A DNA stretch of 64,000 bases from Tepidisphaera sp. (GCA_050916045.1 CP051526.1:2848001-2912000), one strand, 5' to 3'; shown: positions 51,243 to 61,889, counted from the first letter of the stretch. Numbers and translations are program-made. Notes: generated by a model from the sequence alone, not told the origin.

Positions 51243-52493
51243 TCAGCGAAGCTGCGTCGAGGTGTTCGGCGTCCCTCGGATCGTCGGGGCGTTCACCGAG
51301 CCGTCGGGTCCGGCGGCGTCCGCCGGTGCGGCCGCTCCGTCGCGCATCAGCACCGCGAGGCCGTCGGCGGCGAACCGGGCTCCGATCAGCATCTCCGAGC
51401 CGTACGCCGCGATCGCGCTGCCGAACTGGGCGGTGCCCGTGCCGTGGGCGCTCGTCATCCGCTGGCGAAGCGACCAGCGGCCCTGGCTGAGCGAGAAGCA
51501 ATCCACGGCGTTGAGGCCGGGAGCGCCCACGAAAGCTTCATCGCCTCGGATCTCGACGACCGCGCCGAACATCGCGGGAGCGCCGGTCCTCGAGACGCGC
51601 TGGCGAGACACCCAGCCGTTCGCGGAACGCTCGAAGATGTACGCCCGGCTCGTGCCGGTCTCGCCGACGATGATGCGATCGCCGTCGGTCGAAACGGCCA
51701 CGCCGAAGTACCCGCTCCCCGTCGGAACCGGCGACTCGAGGGTCTGCGTGTGGGTCCACTGGTCACCCATGCGCTCAAAGACCTGAACCGAACCCGCGAA
51801 GAGGAGGCCCGAAGCGTCGAAGGGCGCCCCCACCACCGCGACATCGCCCGAGATGTCCACGCTCCAACCGGCGATGTCGCCCATCCGGCCATCGGTCGCC
51901 ACAAGCTGGGCTTCCCGCTCCCAGACGCCATCGACCTTGCGGAAGACGTACGCGGTGCCGGAGGAATGGCCGAGCGTGTTGTCGTACTTCGCGCCGGCGA
52001 TGATCGTGTCACCGCTGATCGCGACCGAATTGCCGAAGTTGTCGATCCGGTCCACGCCGTCGTGCGTGAGCTGCTGCTCAAAGCGGACCTCGCCGCGCGA
52101 CGTCACGGTGTACACCATCAGCACGCCCGAAGACATCGGGCCCGGCCCCCCCGAGCACGCATCCAAGTACGGAGCCCCGGCCACCATCGTCGATCCCTCC
52201 ATCGCGACGGAATAGCCCAGGCCCTTGCTGCGGCCGAACGGATCCGAGACCATAACCGGCGCGCCAAACCCGCCCCGGAGGGTCCTCGGGAAGACCGCGA
52301 CGTGGTGGTCGTACATCGAGCCGATCGCCGCCGCACTGCCGGTGAGCGCGACGGAGGTCCCGTACCCGCCCGACGGGTTGATGCCCGTGGGGTCAAGCAC
52401 GCCCGCTTGCGTCATGATCTGAGCCCCCGCCGAAGCGGCCAAGAGCGACGATGCCGCGAGAACGGTCCCAAGAACGATTCTGCCGGTCTTCAT
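51243..52493 (-). CDS. Secreted FG-GAP repeat protein
   Basis: Signal peptide; repeats of FG.SVA.SGD...VGAP (e.g. FGNSVAISGDTIIAGA, GWSVDISGDVAVVGAP). Confidence 0.9.
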   Translation of the reverse strand: MKTGRIVLGTVLAASSLLAASAGAQIMTQAGVLDPTGINPSGGYGTSVALTGSAAAIGSMYDHHVAVFPRTLRGGFGAPVMVSDPFGRSKGLGYSVAMEGSTMVAGAPYLDACSGGPGPMSSGVLMVYTVTSRGEVRFEQQLTHDGVDRIDNFGNSVAISGDTIIAGAKYDNTLGHSSGTAYVFRKVDGVWEREAQLVATDGRMGDIAGWSVDISGDVAVVGAPFDASGLLFAGSVQVFERMGDQWTHTQTLESPVPTGSGYFGVAVSTDGDRIIVGETGTSRAYIFERSANGWVSRQRVSRTGAPAMFGAVVEIRGDEAFVGAPGLNAVDCFSLSQGRWSLRQRMTSAHGTGTAQFGSAIAAYGSEMLIGARFAADGLAVLMRDGAAAPADAAGPDGSVNAPTIRGTPNTSTQLR

Positions 52494-52700
52494 CACGAAT
52501 CTCCTTCGGGCGGCGGAACGAAGTGACCCGCAGGCCTGTGACGATCATTTCGGCACGGCTCCGGGCGAGATGCTCTTTCGCGCTCGCTCGAACACACATC
52601 ACGTAGTCTTACGCAACTGCCGGGCCCGGGCTTTTCCGACCACCGCCCGTCACCAACACGCCGAACCGGCCCGTTCGCGGCCGAAGCAGCCTGAGGGATC

Positions 52701-53408
52701 ATGGACCTGGAATTAACCCCTAAACTAGGGAAAGCACTCGCGTCGAACTTCGAACTGCTCTGGGAGATTCTCTCGGTCGACGCGGGCTGCTCGGTCTCGA
52801 TCATCAGTCGCGAGGGCCGACTGCAGTGGGCCAACGAGCGCACGCTCATCGACTATGAGTGGCACCTGTCGATCAGGAACCCGGACGCCACCGGCGAAGA
52901 GCTCGACCCCATCGGCAAGCCGCTTGAAGACATCCTCCGGCCGGAGTTCGTCGAGGAGCGGATCGCGTTCATCCGCGAGTCGCTCGATACCGGACGCACG
53001 GTGGTTTATGAGAGCGTGCTCCGCGGCGTGCGGCAGCGTGTGGCGGTCCGACCCATCGGCGGCCAGGGAAGCGAGATGGTCATCATGATCGCCCGCCGAC
53101 TTCGCGGGACCGAGCGGATCAAGGACCTGATCCCGCCGGGCGCGATTCTGCGAGAGCCGAAGGTGCAGGACCCCGGCCTGCTCGGCGTGCTGTCGGCCCG
53201 GGAGCTCGACGTGCTCAAGCTGGTGGGCGACGGGCTGAGCAGCGGCGAGATCGCGCGGCGGCTGCACCGGAGCGTGCGCACGATCGAGGGGCATCGCAAA
53301 ACGATCGGAGAGAAGCTGGGTTTTTCGCGAGCGACGGACCTCGTGCGTGTGGCGATCCGGGCGGGGCTTTGCGAACTGCCGGACGCGCCGGACAATCCGG
53401 ACGAGTAG
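52701..53408 (+). CDS. PAS-like + LuxR-type HTH transcriptional regulator
   Basis: N-terminal PAS-like region (SREGRLQWANE..IGK.LEDIL); LSARELDVLKLVGDGLSS.EIA..L.RS.RTIE.HR. Confidence 0.9.
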   Translation: MDLELTPKLGKALASNFELLWEILSVDAGCSVSIISREGRLQWANERTLIDYEWHLSIRNPDATGEELDPIGKPLEDILRPEFVEERIAFIRESLDTGRTVVYESVLRGVRQRVAVRPIGGQGSEMVIMIARRLRGTERIKDLIPPGAILREPKVQDPGLLGVLSARELDVLKLVGDGLSSGEIARRLHRSVRTIEGHRKTIGEKLGFSRATDLVRVAIRAGLCELPDAPDNPDE

Positions 53409-53415
53409 GCGCGGC

Positions 53416-55992
53416 TTACGGCCCGTTGGTGGCGGAGGAGCTTCGCAGCTCGTTCTCGATCTGCATCCAGCGGGCGGCCTGCGGTTCATCACCGAGGCGT
53501 TTGTACGACCATCGGATCGCGCCGGCGATGCGCGGCGCGAGAGCCGCGACGGCGGGCTCGGACTTTGTGCATTCAAAGGCGCGCTCAAGGTACGGCAGGG
53601 ATTCGCGAGCGGCGCCGCCGATGGAGTACATCGTGCCCACCTGGAGCAGCACGGGCACGACGGCTTTGCCGCACGGCGATGTCGCCGCGGCGAGTTCGGC
53701 CAGCGTCGCATCGGCTTCGGCGAAGGACTCGTCCTTCTGCCCAGCGTAAAGCAGCGCTCCGGCGAGGTACATGCGCGACTGGGCGATCTGGGCGAGCGGG
53801 ATGCCGATTGCTTTCTGTCGGTCGATCGCGGCCCGCATGGGCTCGATGGTCGAGGGGCCGTCACCGCGACGGGCTTTGGCGTAGTGAAGCAGGACCGCAC
53901 CCGCGACGACATCGGCGTGGTCGGGACCGGAAGCTTCGGCGCTCGCCGCATACGTCTGTTCGAGAATGCGGACGGACTCATCGAGTTGGCCGTTTTCCAT
54001 GTAGGAGATGCCGAGCTGCCACCCCATGTTGTGCGTCATCGGGTCCTTGGGCGAAAGCCGAGCCCTGATCTCGTAGCCCTCGCGGGCATACGGCAAGCCT
54101 TCGGCGGCGGCCCCCTTTCGCCCGAGCGTCACGCCGAGATTGGAGAGTGCCGACGCACGCAGAAGCTCGTCTTTCTTCGCGACCTCGCTTTCGAGCATGG
54201 ATCGGAGCATCTCGATGGCTTTGTCGTAGTTTCCGGTGGTGGAATAGGTCTGAGCCAGCGCGCCGGTGGTCTGATAGATCACCTGCGGTGACTCCGCGGC
54301 GCGGGCGAGTTCCGATGCGAGGACGAACCTCTTCTCGGCTTCCTCGGGCATGCTCTTGCGGCTCGCGACGTAGCCCAGGCGCAGCATCATCGTGGCACGC
54401 AACACCTTGGCGCGTGCGACCGTCTGGTCCGCGAGGGAGTCGATCTGCGGAAGGAGGAGACGCTCGACGGTGTCGTAGTCGCCGATCAGGTACAGCGGCT
54501 CGCCGATCGCGCTCGCGACTTCCGCCCGAACGATCACATCATCCGGGGAATCCTTGATGAAGTCGGACGCGACGGTTCTGAGAATCTGCTCAAAGGTGGC
54601 TTTGGCTCCAAGTCTGGCGGGATGTGCCCGCATGAGCAGATCACGGAGGTATGTCGAGACCTCTTCGGCGCGAGCGAGTGACCGATCGGCCCGTTCCTTC
54701 TCGGCTTGGGCTTCGGCGAGGGATGCTTCGGCGGCCTGGCGGTCGAGGATCGCTCTTCGAAAGCCTGTGGCGGCGATCCCCAAGCCGGCGAGCAGCGCGA
54801 GCAGAACGATCGCCGCGGAGGCAACTTGAATCCGGTTGCGCTGGACAAACTTTCGGAACTGGTACCACGCCGAGGGTGGTTTGGCTTTGATCGGCCGACC
54901 GGCGAGAAACCGCTCGATGTCCTCGGCGAGCTCGCTCGCGGTTCGGTACCGGTGCTCGGGGTCGGCGTCGCAGGCTTTGAGCACCAGGCAATCAAGCTCG
55001 GAGGGTGTTCCCCGGGCGACACCCCGCGAAGCTCGCCCGCGGGGGACCTGGCTCGGCGGCACGCGCGGATGGTTGCGGATCGCATCGCGAAGCTCGGCCA
55101 CCGTGAGCGAATGGAGATACTCCGCGGGCACCGGCTGCACGCCGGTCAGAAGCTCGTAGAGAATGACACCGAGCGCGTACACGTCCGAACGGATGTCCGC
55201 GTCGGGCTGAACTCGGTCGGCCTGCTCGGGGCTCATGTACGCGAGCGTGCCGAGCAGCTGACCCGAGAGCGTTCGCCCGCCCTGGGCCGCGTCGCTCGCG
55301 AGAAGCTTGGCGACGCCGAAATCGATCACCTTCGGCACGGAATGGGCGTCCTCATCGGCGACGAGGATGTTGGATGGCTTGAGGTCGCGGTGAAGGATGC
55401 CTCGGTTGTGCGCGTGCTGGACGCCGCGGAAGACCTGCACGAAGAGCTCAAGGCGCCTGGCGAGCGAGAGATTGTGCAGCGCCGCGTACTCGGTGATCGG
55501 CGGTCCGTCGACGAGCTCCATCGCGATGTACGAGCGGCCATCCTGAGCGGATCCGGCGTCGAGAAACCGGGCGATGTTCCGATGCTCCATCCGGGCGAGG
55601 GCTTGCCGCTCATGCTCGAACCTCTCGAGCAGTTGCTTGCTCCCGAGTTCGGCGCGGAGCACCTTCACCGCCGCTCGCCGCTTGACGGGGACATGCTGAT
55701 GGGCGCGGTACACGCTCCCCATGCCTCCCTGGGCGATCAGGCCCTCCACGACGAAGGGGCCGATGCGCTCGGGAATCAAGCCAGCCACCATCAGCGACTC
55801 GGGAGCCGGGAAAAGCGGGGTAAGCTGATCGGCGGCATCGCCGGAGAGGAGGCGCCGGGCCTCGGCGGCCAACTCGGGGTCGTCCGAGAGGCGCTCGGCG
55901 ATCCACGCGTCGCGCTGGCCCGGATCGAGGCTTTCCAGAATCAGCAGGGATTCCTTCAGTCTCTCGCGACGCGATTCTTCCATGGCACTCAC
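53416..55992 (-). CDS. Ser/Thr protein kinase with a TM segment and TPR repeats
   Basis: GGMGSVY, AAVK, HRDLKPSN, DFG, GTLAYMSPEQ, DVYALG, TM, TPR-like helices. GTG 55992 overlaps the ECF stop (alternative ATG 55983). Confidence 0.95.
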   Translation of the reverse strand: MSAMEESRRERLKESLLILESLDPGQRDAWIAERLSDDPELAAEARRLLSGDAADQLTPLFPAPESLMVAGLIPERIGPFVVEGLIAQGGMGSVYRAHQHVPVKRRAAVKVLRAELGSKQLLERFEHERQALARMEHRNIARFLDAGSAQDGRSYIAMELVDGPPITEYAALHNLSLARRLELFVQVFRGVQHAHNRGILHRDLKPSNILVADEDAHSVPKVIDFGVAKLLASDAAQGGRTLSGQLLGTLAYMSPEQADRVQPDADIRSDVYALGVILYELLTGVQPVPAEYLHSLTVAELRDAIRNHPRVPPSQVPRGRASRGVARGTPSELDCLVLKACDADPEHRYRTASELAEDIERFLAGRPIKAKPPSAWYQFRKFVQRNRIQVASAAIVLLALLAGLGIAATGFRRAILDRQAAEASLAEAQAEKERADRSLARAEEVSTYLRDLLMRAHPARLGAKATFEQILRTVASDFIKDSPDDVIVRAEVASAIGEPLYLIGDYDTVERLLLPQIDSLADQTVARAKVLRATMMLRLGYVASRKSMPEEAEKRFVLASELARAAESPQVIYQTTGALAQTYSTTGNYDKAIEMLRSMLESEVAKKDELLRASALSNLGVTLGRKGAAAEGLPYAREGYEIRARLSPKDPMTHNMGWQLGISYMENGQLDESVRILEQTYAASAEASGPDHADVVAGAVLLHYAKARRGDGPSTIEPMRAAIDRQKAIGIPLAQIAQSRMYLAGALLYAGQKDESFAEADATLAELAAATSPCGKAVVPVLLQVGTMYSIGGAARESLPYLERAFECTKSEPAVAALAPRIAGAIRWSYKRLGDEPQAARWMQIENELRSSSATNGP

Positions 55993-56564
55993 CTTGCTTC
56001 GACGCCGGACCGCAGTTCCTGCGCAAGCCACCGCCGCGCGAAGGCCCAGTCACGTTCGACCGTCCGTTCCGTCACCCCCAAAGCCAGGGCGATCTCCGAG
56101 AACCCCAGCCCTAGGTAAAAACGCATTGTGACGACGGTTGCCGACCTCTGATCGACGGATTCCAGCCGGGTCAGGGCCTGATCGATGCCCAGGACCTCTT
56201 CGGGGCTCCGGTTGATCGCCAACTCGGCCTGGTCGAGGCCGACCCGTTCGGCCTGACCACCGCGCTTGGCCGCCGTCGCCCGTCGGGCCCGATCCACAAG
56301 AATGTGCCGCATGGCGATCGCGGCGGCTCCCATGAAATGGGACTGCCCCTGCCACGGCCTCGTCGGATTCTTGACGAGCTTGACAAAGACCTCATGAATG
56401 AGTTCGGTCGGTTGAAGCGAGGCACCCGGGCCGTGCGACCTGAGGCGGTGCTCGGCGAGCGATCGCAACTCGCTCTAAACACGGGAGATGAGTTCGTCGG
56501 GACGACCGAGATTCTCGGAATCGGAGACACCGGAAACGATCGGGGTTTGTTCCATCCCGCTCAT
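55989..56564 (-). pseudogene. ECF sigma factor (TIGR02999-like) interrupted by an in-frame TAG at 56475-56477
   Basis: ..PDELISRV*SELRSLAE..SLQPTELIHEVFVKL..HFMGAAAIAMRHILVDRAR..TVERDWAFAR. The stop sits where the paralog at 50447 has Tyr (LLYDELRRLA). Confidence 0.85.
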
Positions 56565-56752
56565 GATCCAACATGATACCCAAGTCCCGGGGTGACCACC
56601 CTTCCCGCTCAGAAGGGTGAGATTCGACCTTGGCGTGTCGGCGACCGAACGCGGATTGCGTCTAGAGGGGGGACGGCCCCGCGCGAGCTTCGTGGCTCGG
56701 CGGTTTGGCCCTCTCCCTCGGCCCGTCGCCGGGTCCAACTCGGAGATTCATC

Positions 56753-57511
56753 ATGCATAAGCAGCATCGTCGGTTCGTCGCGCCCCTCCTCGCGTTCGCC
56801 GCTCTCGCTGGCGGCGGTTTCTGGTTCTCGAGCGCCCAAGCCCAGTCCCAGCCCGCGGCTTCCAAGTCGCCGACGTGGGCGGCGGGCGGCAAGCGTGAAC
56901 GGTGGACCCCGGACAACTGCGTCTTCGCGTTCGTCGACCACCAGACGGGCCTGATGAACCTCGTCAACGACACCCCGGCCGTGGAGTACAAGAACTACGT
57001 GGTCGGCCTCGCCAAGCTCGCGAAGATCCACAACATCCCGTCCGTCATCACGACGAGCGCCGAAGACGGCCCCAACGGCCCCAAGCTCCCCGAGGTCGTC
57101 GCGCTGCTTCCCAACGCCCCGTACATCAAGCGCAACGGCCAGATCAACGCGTGGGAGGACCCGGCGTTCGTCGACGCGATCAAGAAGACCGGCCGGAAGA
57201 AGATCGTGATGAGCGGGATCACGACCGACGTCTGCGTGGCGTTCGCGGCCCTCTCGGCGCTGGACGCCGGGTTTGAGGTCTATGTGGTCTCCGACGCTTC
57301 GGGATCGATGAGCGAGCAGACGCAGCTTGCTTCGCTGATGCGGATGCAGGATGCGGGCGCGATCATCGGCACCTGGTTCGGCCTCTCCTGCGAGATGCTT
57401 TACGACTGGCGCAACCCCAAGGGCGCCGAATCGGCCCAGCTCTTCGTTGAGCACTTCCCCGCGTACGCCGAGATCTACCACAGCCACCAGTCCGCTTCGA
57501 AGAAGAAGTAA
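56753..57511 (+). CDS. YcaC-like isochorismatase-family cysteine hydrolase with a signal peptide
   Basis: VDHQTGL, GPNGP, R.GQINAWE, GITTDVCVAF.ALSA, DASG; leader HRRFVAPLLAFAALAGG..AQA. Confidence 0.93.
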   Translation: MHKQHRRFVAPLLAFAALAGGGFWFSSAQAQSQPAASKSPTWAAGGKRERWTPDNCVFAFVDHQTGLMNLVNDTPAVEYKNYVVGLAKLAKIHNIPSVITTSAEDGPNGPKLPEVVALLPNAPYIKRNGQINAWEDPAFVDAIKKTGRKKIVMSGITTDVCVAFAALSALDAGFEVYVVSDASGSMSEQTQLASLMRMQDAGAIIGTWFGLSCEMLYDWRNPKGAESAQLFVEHFPAYAEIYHSHQSASKKK

Positions 57512-57654
57512 CGGGCGTTCTCCCCGACCCGTTTCATCCTCCGCCGGCTGACGCTCGCGGAGGGGATTCGTCCGCAATCCGCAAGCGGCAGCTCGCCGTT
57601 CGATGTCCTTCACAGGATCGGCTCCTGACCGCCGCTGACCCGTCGACATACGCC

Positions 57655-58101
57655 ATGAATACACCAGATCACAACCGTCTTGTCCGCCCGGCCGTCTTCG
57701 GCCTGAGCGCTGCGCTCCTCGCCATGCTCTGGGGCTTCCCGGGAGTGGGCAAGCTCTTCGCTGGGGGCGTGCCGGAGTGGTTCACCGGGCAGTTCGGCAA
57801 GACGATCCTCGCGAAGTTCCCCGGCATGACGCTGAGCTTCTACTCAATCGCCGTGCTTGAGTGCCTCGCCGCGCTCGTCGCGCTCGCTTCGCTGCTCCGT
57901 GGCGAGTTCCTGCGCGATCGCTCGCCGGTCATGCTCTATCTCGCGATCCTGCTCACCATGCTCCTGTTCGTGCAGCTCAGCGTGGGCAAACAGCTCCTGA
58001 TGGACTTCGCCGGCATCCACGACCTCTTCATGTACTTCGCCGGAAGCGTCGTCTTGCTGCTCGCGGTCAGGTCCCTCGACACCTCCGCCGCACGACCCTG
58101 A
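57655..58101 (+). CDS. DoxX-like membrane protein
   Basis: Four hydrophobic segments with G.GK.F and a conserved-looking Glu (IAVLE); located between the ycaC-like and amidohydrolase genes. Confidence 0.7.
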   Translation: MNTPDHNRLVRPAVFGLSAALLAMLWGFPGVGKLFAGGVPEWFTGQFGKTILAKFPGMTLSFYSIAVLECLAALVALASLLRGEFLRDRSPVMLYLAILLTMLLFVQLSVGKQLLMDFAGIHDLFMYFAGSVVLLLAVRSLDTSAARP

Positions 58102-58139
58102 TTCATCCGCACACACCCCCACCCAAGCCAGGAGTCCGC

Positions 58140-59984
58140 ATGTCCACCAACCCCGCCACAAGCCTGCGCCGCCGCGACTTCCTCCGCGTTTCTGCCGTCG
58201 CCGCTTTCGCCGCCGGCCTCCCCGGCTGCGCCTCAAGCTCACGCCCGGAGGATGCGAGCCAAGCACCCGACCTCATCATCCACAACGCGAAAATCACCAC
58301 CCTCGACCGCAGCAAGCCGACCGCCCAAGCCCTCGCCGTCCGTAACGGCACGATCGTGAGCGTAGGGACCAACGATGAGGTGCTCCCGCTCCGTGCGGCG
58401 GGCACGAACGTCGTCGACGCACGTGGCAGGCGCATGATCCCCGGCCTCAACGACACGCACACGCACACCGTCCGCGGCGGTCTCAATTACGCGCTCGAAC
58501 TCCGCTGGGACGGCGTCACAAGCCTCAAGCAGGGCTTGCAGATGCTCCGCGAGCAGGTCCGCCGCACGCCGGCCGGCCAGTGGGTCCGCGTCGTCGGCGG
58601 CTGGTCGTACGCCCAGTTCGAAGAGAAGCGGCTCCCAACGCTCGACGAGCTCAACGCCATCGCGCCCGACACGCCCGTCTTCGTGCTCTACGTCTACACC
58701 TCGGCCATGCTCAACAAAGCATGCCTGAAGTACCTCGGCATCGACAAGAACTTCCCCGGGAACAAGTACCCCGGCGGCCAGATCGTGCGCGACGCGTCCG
58801 GCGAGCCCACCGGCCTCCTCCTCGCCGACCCCTCGGCGCTCATCCTCTACTCCACCCTCAACGACGGCCCCAAGCTCAACATGGAGCAGCAGATGCTCTC
58901 CAGCCGTCACTTCATGAAGGAACTCAACCGCCTGGGCATCACAAGCTCCCTCGACTGCGGCGGCGGGTTCCAGAACTGGCCCGACGACTACCTCGTCATC
59001 AAGGAACTTCACAAACGCAACCAGCTCACGATGCGGATCGGCGTCTCGACGTTCATCCAGCGCCCGGGCAAGGAGCTCGAAGACTTCCGCGACTGGACCG
59101 AGCGCTACACGCCCCGCTTCGGCGGCCGGGGCGAGGGCGACGACATGTTCTATCTCCTGGGCGGTGGCGAGATGCTCGTCCGCTCCGCGTACGACTTTGA
59201 GGTCTTCAACATGCCGCGGGTCGTCCCGCCTGCCAACGCCGAAGCCGATCTCGAACGGGTCGTCCGCCTCCTCGCCGAGAAGAAGTGGCCCTTCCGCTTC
59301 CACGCGACCTACGACGAAACCATCACCCGACACCTCGACGTGCTCGAACGCGTCCACCGAGACATCCCAATCTCGGATCTGCACTGGATCGTCGATCACG
59401 CCGAATCGCTCAGCGATCGCAACATCGACCGCATCGCCGCCATGAAGGGCGGCGTCGCCATCCAGAACCGCATCGCCTTCCAGGAGCTCCCCTTCCTCGA
59501 ACGCTACGGACCACAAGCCGCCGATGAAGCCCCGCCCGTCAAGCGGATCATGAAAGCCGGCATCCCCGTCGGCGCCGGCACCGACATGTCCCGCGTCAGC
59601 AGCTACAACCCCTGGGCCTGCCTCCGCTGGCTCGTCACCGGCAAGGGTGAAGGCGGCGCGACGCTTCTCTCCTCGCGCACGCGTCTCGACCGCGAAACCG
59701 CCCTCCGCATCTGGTGCGACAACGCGTGGTTCAGCCGCGAGGAGTCGGCCAAGGGACGCCTCGCTCCCGGCCTCTTCGCCGACCTCTCGCTCCTCAGCGA
59801 GGACTACTTCTCCGTCGAACCCGACCGCATCGCCGACCTGCACAGCGTGATGACCCTCGTCGGCGGCCGGGTCGTCCACGCATCAAACGAGTTCGCCTCT
59901 CTCGACCCCCGCCTCCCCGAGCTCGACCCCTCGTGGTCACCCGTCAAGCACTACGCCTCGTGGCGCGGAGGTCGGAAGTCATGA
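58140..59984 (+). CDS. Amidohydrolase-3 family (YtcJ/NfdA-like) with a Tat lipoprotein leader
   Basis: RRRDFL..LPGC, PGLNDTHTH..RGGLNY.LELRWDGV, FRFHATYDE, DHAE, GAGTD, ADL..LS.DY. Confidence 0.95.
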   Translation: MSTNPATSLRRRDFLRVSAVAAFAAGLPGCASSSRPEDASQAPDLIIHNAKITTLDRSKPTAQALAVRNGTIVSVGTNDEVLPLRAAGTNVVDARGRRMIPGLNDTHTHTVRGGLNYALELRWDGVTSLKQGLQMLREQVRRTPAGQWVRVVGGWSYAQFEEKRLPTLDELNAIAPDTPVFVLYVYTSAMLNKACLKYLGIDKNFPGNKYPGGQIVRDASGEPTGLLLADPSALILYSTLNDGPKLNMEQQMLSSRHFMKELNRLGITSSLDCGGGFQNWPDDYLVIKELHKRNQLTMRIGVSTFIQRPGKELEDFRDWTERYTPRFGGRGEGDDMFYLLGGGEMLVRSAYDFEVFNMPRVVPPANAEADLERVVRLLAEKKWPFRFHATYDETITRHLDVLERVHRDIPISDLHWIVDHAESLSDRNIDRIAAMKGGVAIQNRIAFQELPFLERYGPQAADEAPPVKRIMKAGIPVGAGTDMSRVSSYNPWACLRWLVTGKGEGGATLLSSRTRLDRETALRIWCDNAWFSREESAKGRLAPGLFADLSLLSEDYFSVEPDRIADLHSVMTLVGGRVVHASNEFASLDPRLPELDPSWSPVKHYASWRGGRKS

Positions 59985-61501
59985 ACACCTCGCCTGTCTC
60001 GTCCCTTCCCCGAATCGCCGGCCTCGCGATCGGTGCTTCCATCTTCGCCTCCCTCCTCGCCACCGTCGCATCCGCGCAGCCCGCGTCGCCACCAGCGCCG
60101 TCCGACCCCGCGGCCAAGCCGGCTCCGGCATCGCCTCCCGCCCCGCCTCCCTTCAAGCTCTTCCGCTACGAAGACGATTTTTCCTCCTTCGCCGATCCCG
60201 CCAAACGCTCCGGCTTCTTCGACGACATCAAGTACATCTCCCTCGAAGATCAGTCTCCCATCACCCTCTCCCTCGGCGGCGAGCTCCGAAGCCGGTACGA
60301 GTACTCCTCGGCTCCCCTCTTCGGCCTCCGCCGACCCGGGCACGATGACTTCTTCCTCCAGCGTTTCCTCCTCCACGCAGATCTCCACGTCGGCAAGTAC
60401 GAGGAACTCCACGGCAGGGCTTTCGTCCAGATCGCTTCCGGCCTGGTCTTCGGCGAAGAATTCCCCAAAGCCGGCAACCAGGACAACGCTCTTGACGTTC
60501 AGCAGGCCTTCGGCGAAGTCAACTGGGGCGACAACCGCGCTCCCGCGCTCGCGAGTGGCGGCTCGGCGTTCTCGATCCGCGCCGGCCGGCAAGAGATGGG
60601 CTTTGGCTCCTTCCGCCTCGTCACCATCCGCGAGCCCACCAACTCCCGCCTCGCTTTCGACGGCGTGCGAGCCACGTGGAACGTCGACCGCATGACCTTC
60701 GACGCCTTCCTCGTCCGCCCCGCGGACACCAAGCCCGGCGTCTTCAACGACGGCGAGGACGACAACACGACCTTCTGGGGCCTGCACTCCTCCTTCCCTC
60801 TCGCCCCCGAACGCAAGCTCGGCGTGGATTTCTACTACTTCGGCCTCAGTCGCGAGAACACCCGGTTTCAATCCGGCGTGGGCGATGAACTCCGCCACTC
60901 CGTTGGCGCTCGCCTTTGGGGGCGCGACAACGGCTGGGACCACGACACCGAAGCCGTCTTCCAGTTCGGCACCTTCGACCGCGTGAGCGCCTCTGAAGAC
61001 ATCATCGCCTGGACCATCGCCAGCAACACCGGCTACACCTTCGAGTCTTCCTCACTCAAGCCGCGCATCGGGCTCAAGCTCAACTACGCCAGCGGCGACG
61101 AAGACCCCACCGACGGCACCCTCGGCACCTTCAACCCCCTCTTCCCGCGCAACAACTACTTCAGCGACGCCAACCTCCTCGCTCCGTACAACTTCTTCGA
61201 CATCCATCCCACCTTCGCCATCAAGCCCGTCCAGTCGCTCACGCTCACGGCAGGCTTCGACATCTTCTTCCGAACGAGCGAAGACGACGCCGTCTTCTCT
61301 CCGACGGGCATCGTGATCGCCGGACCCGCTTCCGACAGCCGCTTCGTCGGCAGCACGCTGAACATCGCGGCCGACTGGGCCATCAACCGCCACCTCACCC
61401 TCTCGGGGAGCTTCGCCCACTTCTTCCGAGGCGATGTCGTCTCCGACGCGGGCGGCAAGGATGTGGACTACTTCGGCCTCTGGCTGACCGCGAAGTTCTA
61501 A
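59981..61501 (+). CDS. Alginate-export-family outer-membrane beta-barrel
   Basis: Signal peptide, RYEDD, GGELR.RYE, GRQE..FGS.RL...RE..N....FDG, ASGD....DG...TFNPLFP, terminal Phe. ATGA overlap with the upstream gene. Confidence 0.9.
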   Translation: MNTSPVSSLPRIAGLAIGASIFASLLATVASAQPASPPAPSDPAAKPAPASPPAPPPFKLFRYEDDFSSFADPAKRSGFFDDIKYISLEDQSPITLSLGGELRSRYEYSSAPLFGLRRPGHDDFFLQRFLLHADLHVGKYEELHGRAFVQIASGLVFGEEFPKAGNQDNALDVQQAFGEVNWGDNRAPALASGGSAFSIRAGRQEMGFGSFRLVTIREPTNSRLAFDGVRATWNVDRMTFDAFLVRPADTKPGVFNDGEDDNTTFWGLHSSFPLAPERKLGVDFYYFGLSRENTRFQSGVGDELRHSVGARLWGRDNGWDHDTEAVFQFGTFDRVSASEDIIAWTIASNTGYTFESSSLKPRIGLKLNYASGDEDPTDGTLGTFNPLFPRNNYFSDANLLAPYNFFDIHPTFAIKPVQSLTLTAGFDIFFRTSEDDAVFSPTGIVIAGPASDSRFVGSTLNIAADWAINRHLTLSGSFAHFFRGDVVSDAGGKDVDYFGLWLTAKF

Positions 61502-61514
61502 CCGTACTTCCGCT

Positions 61515-61889
61515 TCACGCCCGCTCGCTGTGCAGCGCGATGCAGTTCCCTTCGCAGTCCTCAAACTCCGCGACGAATCCGAGTTCGCCGATCGATGTCG
61601 TGGGGTAAAGCGTCCTTCCGCCCGCGCGGATCGCCCGCTCGATGGTGTCCTCGATGCGATCGACGGAGAAGTAAAGCCGGCTGCCCTGCTTGCCCGGCAC
61701 ATAGCTGTCGCCCTGAGCAAGTGCACCCACCGCTCCAGCTTCATCCTTCGGCGGCGGGAAGAAAGCCATGATGTTCCCATCCACCTCGCCCCGCTCGAGC
61801 TTGACGCCGAACACGCTCTCGTAGAACACCACCGCCCGATCCATATCACCCACGGGAATCTCGAAGTACTTCACCACGGCACCCATCAT
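61515..61889 (-). CDS. VOC/glyoxalase-family protein
   Basis: YFEIPV.D.DRA..FY..VFG, LYF.V..I, AGG, F.D.EGN.IAL. Confidence 0.92.
   Translation of the reverse strand: MMGAVVKYFEIPVGDMDRAVVFYESVFGVKLERGEVDGNIMAFFPPPKDEAGAVGALAQGDSYVPGKQGSRLYFSVDRIEDTIERAIRAGGRTLYPTTSIGELGFVAEFEDCEGNCIALHSERA

Noticed and set aside
56475..56477. Amber recoding (pyrrolysine or alternative genetic code)
   Set aside because: TAG terminates several clear genes in the window, no pyl genes are seen, and a single substitution explains it.
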